Shown here piece by piece: positions 40,001-47,479 of a DNA stretch of 64,000 nucleotides. Position 1 is the first letter of the stretch; every line of letters starts with the position of its first letter. This stretch comes from Myxococcales bacterium (lineage in GTDB: Bacteria; Myxococcota_A; UBA9042). The translations under genes and the position numbers were made by a program. The DNA is taken from positions 34,963 through 98,962 of the forward strand of contig JBBISH010000007.1 of NCBI GenBank assembly GCA_037441385.1, in the 5' to 3' direction. Under the pieces are notes generated by a model. The model had not been told where the DNA came from. It was given only the letters and a program-made list of their open reading frames with translations, and did not search any database.

Positions 40001-42604
40001 AGTCCACGGCTTTTGCGCGGGTTGCAGTCGGCGATGTGGGCGACTCTGGCAGTGTTGTTTGTGCTGTCGCTGTGGGGCGTTAGGGGAAGTCTGGGTGGGG
40101 CCAAGGTGGCGATGGCTCCAGCGCGCGACGAAGCGGCGACGGCGACCGTGGAAATGCGGGTAGAGGAACGGGAGCGCGACGACCGCGGCGACGACCACTT
40201 CCGGGCCAAAGCCGAAGAACCCATGGCAGCAGCTGCACCCAAGCCCGCAAGTGCACCGGCCGGCATGGCTGCGGACGGCGATAGCATGGCGCGGAATCGG
40301 GCCCAAATCGAACGAAAGACCATTGCTGGCGCGTTCAAGGACGGCGGGACGAAGCTCTTTGCCGACGACGAGGGCGAGGCCGTCGCCAAGACTTTTGGCA
40401 AAGGCGGCGGAGGGGGCGGCGGCGAAGAAGCGCCCGTAGCCATCCGCAAAGACTTCCCCGAAACCCTCTACTTCAACCCCGCCGCGATCACCGCGGAAGA
40501 CGGCACCGGCTCTGTGCAATTCCACGTAGCCGACTCGATCACCGCCTGGCAAATCTACGCCCTGGCCAGCGACGCAGCCGGCAGCCTGGGCCACGGCAGC
40601 GGCGAGTTGGTGGTCACCAAGCCGTTCCACCTGGACCTGGACGTGCCGCACGACCTGACCGTAGGCGACGAAGTGGCCGTGCAAGTGGCGGTGCAGAATG
40701 AGACTTCGCAAAAGGGCGAGGCCCAGCTGACCGCCAAGAGCGACACCGGCCTGGTGGTGGACGCGACGCTGCTGCAGCAGCCGATTGCCGTGGGGCCGCA
40801 AGGGATTGCGGGTCTGCAGCTGCCGCTGAAGGCTAGCGCGGCCGGCGTGCAGAACGTGACGGTCGCTGGTTCGCTGGCGGGTGACAAAGATGCGCTGCAG
40901 AAGCCCATCGAAGTCGCGCCGGACGGCAAGCAGTTCCTGCAGACCTTTGCCGGCACGGTGACCTCGGAGGTGCGGCGAACGGTGGCGATCCCCGACCTGG
41001 CGCTGGCCGAAGGCCGCTCGGTGCAGCTGACGGTGCTGGGCAGCCCGCTGGCGGCGGCGCTGGACAGCTTGGAGCAAATGGCCCAGGAGCCGCACGGTTG
41101 CTTCGAGCAGCAGGCCTCGACGCTGCTGGTCGACGCCCTGGTCCTGCAGCAGCTGCGCGCGGCGGGCGTGGGCAAGGGCGAGCGCCAAGACCGGCTGGTG
41201 CGCACGCTGGCCCTTGGTTATCAAGAGCTTTTGGGCTACGAGGTCAGCGGCGGCGGCTTTGGTTACTTTGGCGCAGACCGGCGCACCGAGCTGACCGCCT
41301 GGGGTCTGGTCCTGCTGAGCGAGCTGCGCAAGGTCATCTATGTGGACGACGAACTGCTGGAGCGCACGCAACGGGCCCTGTTGGACGCCAAGCACAGCGA
41401 CGACACCTTTGGCTCGCCGGCCGAGACCGCGTATGCGGCCATGGCGCTGGTGGCCGCCGATCCCGACTGCACCCTGCCCTTGGACCCCACCGCCACGCAA
41501 GCGGCCAAGAACCTGCGCGAAACCTGCGGCAAGGTGCTGCACCGCGTCGATCAGATGTTTGCGGCGCCGGCCGGCTTGGACCCGTACGCGCTGGCGTTGG
41601 CGGCCGACGCGCTACTGGGCGCCGGACCCGTGTACCAGAAGCGCGGCGAAGCGCTGCTGGACGAGCTGGATCACCGCGGTGCGCTGGTGGGCGAAGGGCG
41701 CGATCGGCGCGTCAGCTTCCAGCCCAAAGGCGGAACCTTGTTCGCCAGTTATGGCCTGGGCGCCGAGCTGGAGACGACCGCGCTGGTCACCCACGCCTTG
41801 ATCGTCTACGGCGGCCGACCCGACAAGGCGCGCGAGGCGCTACGGGCGGTGCTGGCTTTGCGCAGCGACGACGGCGGCTTCTACTCGACCCAGGGCGCGG
41901 CGCTGGCGGTGCGGGCGCTGTTGGTGGCGAGCGCGGCGGCCAAAAACACCGGCAAGCTGGCGGTACAGGTCGATGGCAAGCAGGTCCGCGAAATTGCCTG
42001 GGATCCTACAACGTTGGCCGCCCCGCAGTTGTTGGAATTGGCACCGCAGTTGCATGCGGGATCCGAGGTCAAGCTGCTGCTGCAAGGCGGCAACGCGCTG
42101 GCCGGCGATGTGGGCTACCGCATCCGCGTCCAGTACTACTTGCCGTGGACTGCGCCGGTGGGGCCGCCGCTCGCGGTGACGGACGAGGTGACGCCGCGCC
42201 TGCGCCTGAGCCAAGGCATGGACCGCGCCGTGTACAACCTGGGCGACAAGGCCACGCAGCAGGTCACGGTGTGGCGCGACGGCACGGCCGGCCAGCGCGG
42301 CATGCTGCTGGTGCAAGTGGGCCTGCCGCCCGGCTTCCAGCTGGCCCAGGGGGCGATCGACAGCCTGCAGCGCGGCGGCGTCAAGCGCGTGGAGCCCTAT
42401 GCCCGCGGCCTGGCCATCTACATGGAGGACCCGTACCGCTGGGGTCCGACGACGATCAGCCTGCCGCTCACGGCTGCGCGGGCGGTCAAGAAGGTGCAAG
42501 TGCCCAGGAGTCGAGTGTATTTCTACTACCAGCCGCAGATCGAGGCGATCGCACCGCCGGTGCCCGTGCTGGTCAAGGCGACCCTGGCGACGGCCCCACG
42601 CTGA
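37001..42604 (+). CDS. Thioester-containing alpha-2-macroglobulin family protein with an N-terminal sigma-like/zinc anti-sigma module and internal TM helices
   Basis: MG2 motif HLSPDKPTYQPGQTVHLR, VGLAVVDAAV, IRKDFPETLYFNP, DSITAWQ, thioester HGCFEQ (41096-41110), GGFYSTQ, VGLPPGF and YFYYQP; HLTWCTPC at 37499-37522. Confidence 0.88.
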   Translation: MLNSHPMELHRDFLRHGQRKPAVELVERHGPLLRAWLQFTEPTASDLKFCNVIGQFLGTPYRGVGELWLPLLLARGHASSPTERNRCALWLAAQTGWTPEQLGAALAIQADEAAAALQSAVLEATQAGENPEKDPTQLGPLHPSRSQLAGAATRSLGPAGASEAALHLTWCTPCRDEVGRLATAAQAASADLPALDPQLIQKAVDSAVTAREENAMGPRISRFLGLRPGAKWRALRLAAIAAGLLLCLASAITQVRHRWIEDEQPGPMLRVQLGPTLRVGEPVAIAVAALDGAGVPYTAATRTAVQLAVLDDHGRTLATRAVALEADGTAHTTLTVASLDQRQRSGYLQATAILAGHERRAQVDVTVEQVIRQHLSPDKPTYQPGQTVHLRGLTFEGGSGKPLAGKAARLELRDPKGTRVARSDVTVSPMGVSSADIELAGGAALGTWHAVLKVGETETSVPITVERYSLPPFSVKVTPSVKSMTDLVDFDVDVAANLMTGTPLTAGKASLTARLGGQTLAYDVKPLGAAPVRFHVTMPKGKDNNLRSYGHFFEQVQLEVVVRDPAGRAESGAGTVKVVRDQMRVTVASQAPSVRRDLPRPNKILVRAVRVDDSPVQTQVALFAPGDGEQETVGAGEKLGEGTTGPDGIAALDLPPAFFGRPLAVLAKDPKDGRTYWTRLEPPQLREGNLPLACDKALIRAGDTLTCEVFAPLAARPQVRAELDGRTVAMVATPAKPGIAQVAIQIPDEVVGLVLIAVDGAPEDDVLKVLVAPKDGLRVALRGLEAKKPGEEAQVLLKVSDSAGKPKAAAVGLAVVDAAVFARVAGETPDKVIAALFAQSELAEAAMALLFPEAEPGTPGGQGQWTPAQQAAARWFLAGQSGSAGPMHDASSQQSDLDRLRNVQVDARILADNTLHWTLLVWSALLALALLVASFWLRNTAGAALIALAIGGMAKWLMSEVVDIDRRTADPVVLLLAIAAFGMVLWLVVRERRKVTQAAASPRLLRGLQSAMWATLAVLFVLSLWGVRGSLGGAKVAMAPARDEAATATVEMRVEERERDDRGDDHFRAKAEEPMAAAAPKPASAPAGMAADGDSMARNRAQIERKTIAGAFKDGGTKLFADDEGEAVAKTFGKGGGGGGGEEAPVAIRKDFPETLYFNPAAITAEDGTGSVQFHVADSITAWQIYALASDAAGSLGHGSGELVVTKPFHLDLDVPHDLTVGDEVAVQVAVQNETSQKGEAQLTAKSDTGLVVDATLLQQPIAVGPQGIAGLQLPLKASAAGVQNVTVAGSLAGDKDALQKPIEVAPDGKQFLQTFAGTVTSEVRRTVAIPDLALAEGRSVQLTVLGSPLAAALDSLEQMAQEPHGCFEQQASTLLVDALVLQQLRAAGVGKGERQDRLVRTLALGYQELLGYEVSGGGFGYFGADRRTELTAWGLVLLSELRKVIYVDDELLERTQRALLDAKHSDDTFGSPAETAYAAMALVAADPDCTLPLDPTATQAAKNLRETCGKVLHRVDQMFAAPAGLDPYALALAADALLGAGPVYQKRGEALLDELDHRGALVGEGRDRRVSFQPKGGTLFASYGLGAELETTALVTHALIVYGGRPDKAREALRAVLALRSDDGGFYSTQGAALAVRALLVASAAAKNTGKLAVQVDGKQVREIAWDPTTLAAPQLLELAPQLHAGSEVKLLLQGGNALAGDVGYRIRVQYYLPWTAPVGPPLAVTDEVTPRLRLSQGMDRAVYNLGDKATQQVTVWRDGTAGQRGMLLVQVGLPPGFQLAQGAIDSLQRGGVKRVEPYARGLAIYMEDPYRWGPTTISLPLTAARAVKKVQVPRSRVYFYYQPQIEAIAPPVPVLVKATLATAPR

Positions 42605-42616
42605 GGCGACCGAGCA

Positions 42617-44314
42617 TTACCCTTTGCGTTCCGTCCCTTCCAGTCCCAACCGCTTGACCAGGGTATCGGCCAGCCGAAAGCCCAGCGCGTAGACGGTCCA
42701 GGTGGGAGGCACGCTACCTCCGGTCGGAAACACAGACGCGTCGGCCACGTACAGGTTGTCGCAATCGTGGACGCGCCCCGTGGCGTCGACGACGGATGTG
42801 GCAGGATCCGCGCCCATGCGGCACGTCCCCGACGGCAGGTTGGTCGCCGGCGCGCCGCGCGAGGACTGGTAGACGTTCTGTGCGCCCAGGCGCTCCAAGA
42901 TGGCCACCCCCTGCGCGAGCAGGTGATCGGCGACCTGCTTGTTGTGCGGGTGTTTGTCGATACGCACCCGCGCCACGGGCTGGCCAAGGTGGTCGCGAAC
43001 CTGCGGATCCAGCGTCACATGACCGGCAGGCGTGGGCAGCCAATCGGCAAAGACCTCGAAAAGCACGCGCTTCTTGCCACGGAATTGCTCTTCCAACGCG
43101 CGCTTGAGCGGCAGCCCCCACAGGGGCACGTCGCCAGTAAAGGCCGCCGACTCCGCCGCGCTGATGCGGTTGGGGCTGCCCAGCATGAATTCGATCAGCC
43201 CGCCCTTGCGCCGCTGACCGGTCTGAGGATCGCGCACGAAGTAGTGGTCCAACACGGCGCGATGCAACCACGGTCCGGGGTGGCGCAATTCGGCGCGCTG
43301 GGCCTCGCTGAAGTCGCGGTACACCAGCTCGCCTCGCGCCCAAGCAGCGGTCGAGAACGCGAGATTCTGGCCGACTTGCCCACTGCTGTTGCCCAAACCG
43401 GCCGGATGCCGCGGACCAGTCGACCGCAGCAGCAGGCGCGCCGTCTCGATGGCCTGGCATGCCACCACGTAGAAGCGCGCCGTCACCTTATGCAAGGCAC
43501 CGAACTTGTTCCGGTACTCCACGTGCGTAATCTGGCCGCGGGCGTTGGTCACCAGCCGTTGGGCGGTCGCCTCGGCCCGCACTGCGCAACTGCCGCTCGC
43601 CACCGCCGCCCCCAGCAGCGCCGCCCGCGAGCTGCCCTTGGCGCCGGTTGCACAGCCATAGTCACCACAGAACCCCGTATATGAACACGGGTTGCGCACA
43701 CCACTGGACCGCGACAACACCGCCCGCGGCACGGGAGTCGCGTGCAGCCCCAACTCGGCACAAGCGCGGTCCAACCAGTCCGCCAGTGGGTGTTCGGCCA
43801 GCGGCGGCAGCGGAAAATCGGGCGTAGAGCGGCGATCGGCCAGGGGATGCAGCCGCGCGCGCCCTGATACGCCCACCGCCGTCTCGACCAGCGTGTACCA
43901 CGGCTCCAGGTCATCGTAGCTGATTGGCCAGTCGGCCACGTTGGCGCCGGGGATGGGACCGAACTCGCTGAGAAGACGAAAATCCTCTGGCTTGAGGCGG
44001 TGGAAGAAGCCGCTCATCAGGTTGCTGGCGCCGCCCACCAGGCTGCCATTCCAGAAGTCCCAGCCGGTGCCTTCGGTGGTCTCGGCCTGCCAACCCTCGT
44101 CTTCGTCGTAGGTTTCGACGACGTGGGGCTCGCTGCGCCGGTCGGGGACGTAGCGAGAGCGGCGCACCGCCGCCACTTCGTCTTTGAAGAAGTCGCCATC
44201 GCGCAGCCACGGGCCCTTTTCGAGCACGACTACGCTCGCTCCAGCCTGAGCCAAGGCGCTGGCCACGCTGCCGCCCCCGGCGCCGCTGCCGATGACGCAG
44301 ACGTCGAATTCCAC
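42617..44314 (-). CDS. GMC family flavoprotein oxidoreductase
   Basis: DVCVIGSGAGG, VGGASNLM, DWPISYDDLEPWY, CxxxGxCxxxGC cluster, GTCRMG and NLYVADASVFPT. GTG start 2 bp after the upstream stop. Confidence 0.9.
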   Translation of the reverse strand: MEFDVCVIGSGAGGGSVASALAQAGASVVVLEKGPWLRDGDFFKDEVAAVRRSRYVPDRRSEPHVVETYDEDEGWQAETTEGTGWDFWNGSLVGGASNLMSGFFHRLKPEDFRLLSEFGPIPGANVADWPISYDDLEPWYTLVETAVGVSGRARLHPLADRRSTPDFPLPPLAEHPLADWLDRACAELGLHATPVPRAVLSRSSGVRNPCSYTGFCGDYGCATGAKGSSRAALLGAAVASGSCAVRAEATAQRLVTNARGQITHVEYRNKFGALHKVTARFYVVACQAIETARLLLRSTGPRHPAGLGNSSGQVGQNLAFSTAAWARGELVYRDFSEAQRAELRHPGPWLHRAVLDHYFVRDPQTGQRRKGGLIEFMLGSPNRISAAESAAFTGDVPLWGLPLKRALEEQFRGKKRVLFEVFADWLPTPAGHVTLDPQVRDHLGQPVARVRIDKHPHNKQVADHLLAQGVAILERLGAQNVYQSSRGAPATNLPSGTCRMGADPATSVVDATGRVHDCDNLYVADASVFPTGGSVPPTWTVYALGFRLADTLVKRLGLEGTERKG

Positions 44315-44316
44315 GG

Positions 44317-44925
44317 TTAGACGGCCCCTTTGAACCAGGGCTCGGGCGGTTGCGGCCACGCGGGCACAAGGCCAAGCCAGCGCCACCCCGCGCCATGGCG
44401 ATTGCCGCCGTAGACGGGGTCGCTCAGCGCCGCTTCCAGCGTGAATACGACCGCCACGCCAAACCGTTCGGCAGCATCGGGGTCCGTCAGCAATTCCTTT
44501 AGCACTGTCGTCTGTTTGTCCACGTCCAGAGCGGCAAACGAAGTCCCGCCAGCACGCTGGACGTGGTCCGCTACGTTTTTCAGCAGTTCCGTCAGCGACT
44601 CCAAATCGTCTGGGTCCAGGCGCGGATCGGCAAGGGCCAGGCGCAGGTAGACCGTCGCACCCAGCTCCGCAGCCCCAGGAGCGCTGGGCTCACTTGGAAG
44701 AATCAAGGCTTGCAGTGCCTCGACCTCGCGCCACTGCGCTGGCGTCAGCGGGTCTACGCGGGTCTGCAGCCACGGCCGCGGCAGCAAACTGGCGGACACG
44801 GCAACGGCAACCGCGGTGAGCGCCGCGCCCTGGGCGAGGAGATCTCGCAACAGAGCGCGGCGACTCACTTTTTGTGGCACCTCTTCCGGACTGGCCGGCT
44901 CGGACGTCTGCAGGTCATGGTCCAT
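44317..44925 (-). CDS. Gluconate 2-dehydrogenase subunit 3 family protein (Tat-exported partner of the GMC enzyme)
   Basis: Twin-arginine SRRALL; ILPSEPSAPGA, SFAALD and SDPVYGGN...GWRWLG. Confidence 0.85.
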   Translation of the reverse strand: MDHDLQTSEPASPEEVPQKVSRRALLRDLLAQGAALTAVAVAVSASLLPRPWLQTRVDPLTPAQWREVEALQALILPSEPSAPGAAELGATVYLRLALADPRLDPDDLESLTELLKNVADHVQRAGGTSFAALDVDKQTTVLKELLTDPDAAERFGVAVVFTLEAALSDPVYGGNRHGAGWRWLGLVPAWPQPPEPWFKGAV

Positions 44926-44964
44926 GCCCACCGATCGACTCCCTTGCCACGCCAGACGCGATCC

Positions 44965-45096
44965 CACGAACTCCACCTGATGGACGGGTGCACGGCTTCT
45001 TTGACCCGATCTGCGACCTACGAGAATCGGGCAGGGACCGCGGCTCTGACCCGAAGAATTCCAATATCTTCAAGGCCATTCGGACGGATTCGGTAT
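44965..45096 (+). repeat. Dispersed repeat family A, copy 3 (degenerate)
   Basis: CACGAACTCCACCTGAT...GAGAATCGGGCAGGGACCGCGG...CGGACGGATTCGGTAT; collinear with the other copies but more diverged. Confidence 0.7.
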
Positions 45097-45111
45097 TCCT
45101 TGACCGCCGGA

Positions 45112-45345
45112 CTACTTGCCCTTGTCGCCGCCGCACGACTTCTCGGCGCCGCCCTTGCCCTTCTCGCCGCTGCACGACTTTTCGCCGCCGCCCTTGGCCT
45201 TGGCGTCTTTGCCGCCCTTCTTGGCCTTCTCGGCCTTGGCCGGCGCTTCCTTGGCCGGGGCTTCGCCCGCCGACGCCGACACGGCGACCGCGGTCAAGCC
45301 CAGGGAAAATGCCGCCAACACCGCCAGAATCATGCTCTTCTTCAT
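45112..45345 (-). CDS. Small secreted Lys/Gly-rich peptide with two EKSC(S/G)G motifs (possible RiPP/metal-binding precursor)
   Basis: GGAG SD, signal peptide MKKSMILAVLAAFSLGLTAVAVSASA, then ...GGEKSCSGEKGKGGAEKSCGGDKGK. Confidence 0.75.
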   Translation of the reverse strand: MKKSMILAVLAAFSLGLTAVAVSASAGEAPAKEAPAKAEKAKKGGKDAKAKGGGEKSCSGEKGKGGAEKSCGGDKGK

Positions 45346-45381
45346 GTTCGTTTGCTCCAGCTACTGCCACAAGGGCAGCCC

Positions 45382-45447
45382 ATTGCGCGCGCATTGCACG
45401 CCGATTGCACGCCAATTGCACGCCGATTGCACGCCAATTGCGTAATG
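45382..45447. repeat. Tandem 11-bp repeat, six units (ATTGCACGCCR)
   Basis: ATTGC recurs at 45382, 45393, 45404, 45415, 45426 and 45437. Confidence 0.9.
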
Positions 45448-45521
45448 CGAGCACCCCCCTGGGTTCCCGCCGTGTGCCAGCATAGCAAGGTGCTGCCCGA
45501 TCCGACCAGCCCTCCTTGAGG

Positions 45522-45584
45522 CCCCGATCCGCCGCTTTGGGCGCAACTCGGCGGCCGGGGCGAATTTCGGTGGTGGATCCTGGG
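45522..45584 (-). repeat. Dispersed repeat family B, short copy (lacks the 147-bp interior)
   Basis: Reverse complement equals the two ends of 11916-12125 joined at CGCCGA, with one mismatch. Confidence 0.8.
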
Positions 45585-45724
45585 AGGCCACGTGCCTGGA
45601 CACGGAGAAGTAGCGGCCGCGGCAGCGCAATTTGGCCTGACTGCACCTGAATCCGGGCGCAGTGTCCGGGCGCGCGCACCAACACGGCCCACCGGAGTCA
45701 CCTTGGGTTTTCAAAACGGAGCCC

Positions 45725-46449
45725 ATGAAGGGGATCGGTGGCGACGCCGTACTCGGATTTTCAGGCGCGGCGGCCGGCAGCCAGATCTGCGGCGGCAGGC
45801 CTCTCTAGGTTAGCGTAACAATTGACAAACACCTGTTCGAGACCAGGGTCGATGTTACCGCCGCCCAGAGCGTGAGCACCGCCGACGGTAACAAGGGTGT
45901 CATCGAAGGCTGGTAAATCCAGAAAGATCCTTTGCCACCAAGTGCTTGTGGCTCATTCGACGGAGCGGACGCCGGGTCGACAGGTGCCGGCGCGGCCGAT
46001 GCGGGGTGGCAGACGCGCGCGCCGCTGACGGCAGAGGAGCCGACTCGGCCACGGCAGAGGTCATGAAAGTGGGCGCCGGCACTGCGGACTCACCTGGCCC
46101 GGACTGCGGCCTACCGGGCGGTCTGGACTGCGCCAACGTCGACCCGCCGGTCGACGACTCCAAAGATCAGAACCCAGGCGCCGCGGATACCGGCACGGAA
46201 ATCGAGGACGCGGGCCAGCCGCCACTGCCCAATACCCAAGCCAAAGCACACACTTCGAGCACCGGCGGCGCTCCACTCGGCGGCACTGACGCATCCGGCA
46301 CCGGTGCTACCATGTCGTCACCGGCAGCCAATCCCAGCGGTTGCTCGGCAAATCGCTCGGCGGGCGGCGGACCTGCATGGCCTGCCTTGGTCTTGGCCAC
46401 TCTGGCGGTTTGGCGCCGCTGGGAGCGCGTTTCGGCCACCCCACGATAG
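45725..46449 (+). pseudogene. Decayed MYXO-CTERM surface-protein gene
   Basis: Frame from ATG 45725 has TAG at 45806 and TAA at 45914. An apparent frameshift near 46000 leads into a D/A/G/T-rich stalk ending SGCSA...WPALVLATLAVWRRW. Confidence 0.55.
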
Positions 46450-46612
46450 CGGCAATACGGAACCACCTCGGGAGGTTTCGCACCGCAGCGCCGGTTTGAC
46501 ACGCCGCGGCCAATTGCCCACGATGCGTCATCCGGCGCGCCCAAGCGCGAACGGAGGCACGATGCAGGACCCGCGCGCGTTCCTTTCGCCCCCACCGTCC
46601 CAAACGCCCGGC

Positions 46613-47479
46613 ATGCGACCGCTTGTGCTGTTTCTGCTGTCGCTGGCAGTGGTTGCAGCAGCTTGCGGCGGCTCGGGCGGCAACGGCGGCTATGCCCTGC
46701 CAGGGGTCGACGTAAACGGCGGCGACGGCGCCATCGCCAAGGATTCAGTTGCGGCCGACAGTGCAGGCGCCGACAGTGCAGGCGCCGACAGTCCAGGCGC
46801 CGACAGTGCCAAGGCGGATGCACCAACGACGAGTGCCGACGCCCAAGATAGCGGCACAGCAGAGGATAGCAGCACAGTGCCCGTGAACAGCGCGCCCAAA
46901 TTCGACAGCCTGGCCGTGCTCACCTTGGATCAGGGCACCTCGACTTCCCTAGACATTGCGCCGTTCTTGCACGACCAAGAAGACACCGCCGCAAAACTGA
47001 AGCTGAGCTGGAGCGCCAAGCACGTGGCGCTGAAAGACCCCGGCGACCACAAGCTGTACGTGGTGGCGCCCACCACCTGGACCGGCACCGAGCCCATCGC
47101 AATGACCGTTACGGACACCGGCGGGGCCACGGCGACCGCGACGCTGACCGTGGTCGTCAAACCCGTGACTGTGCCCACGCCGATTGCGCCCGAGTGCGGC
47201 AAGCACACGTTCTCGTTCAAGGTTGGCGCGGGCAATCACACCGTTCTGTTGTCGGGCTCGTTCAATGGTTGGGCCAAGACCGCGGACAAGGCCGACACCA
47301 TGACCGATCCAGGCGGAACTGGTACCTATTCGGTCGTCAAAGTGCTGGCTGCCGGCGTGTACCAGTACAAGTTTGTGGTCGACGACAAATGGCAACCCGA
47401 CACCGCCAACCCCAACCAGGTGCCCGACGGCTACGGCGGCACCAACGCAGTCATCGAGGTCAAGCCATGCGCACCCTGA
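46613..47479 (+). CDS. Lipoprotein with Ig-like and CBM48/AMPK-type glycogen-binding domains
   Basis: Lipobox AAAC; C-terminal VLLSGSFNGW...AGVYQYKFVVDDKWQPDTANP...DGYGGTNAVI. Alternative start at 46562. Confidence 0.8.
   Translation: MRPLVLFLLSLAVVAAACGGSGGNGGYALPGVDVNGGDGAIAKDSVAADSAGADSAGADSPGADSAKADAPTTSADAQDSGTAEDSSTVPVNSAPKFDSLAVLTLDQGTSTSLDIAPFLHDQEDTAAKLKLSWSAKHVALKDPGDHKLYVVAPTTWTGTEPIAMTVTDTGGATATATLTVVVKPVTVPTPIAPECGKHTFSFKVGAGNHTVLLSGSFNGWAKTADKADTMTDPGGTGTYSVVKVLAAGVYQYKFVVDDKWQPDTANPNQVPDGYGGTNAVIEVKPCAP
46754..46810 (+). repeat. Coding 15-bp tandem repeat (ADSAG x ~4)
   Basis: GCCGACAGTGCAGGC repeated in the lipoprotein linker. Confidence 0.85.

Noticed and set aside
45806..45916. 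Stop-codon recoding in the MYXO-CTERM remnant
   Set aside because: The stops are TAG and TAA and come with a frameshift; decay is simpler, and other genes use TAG as a normal stop.
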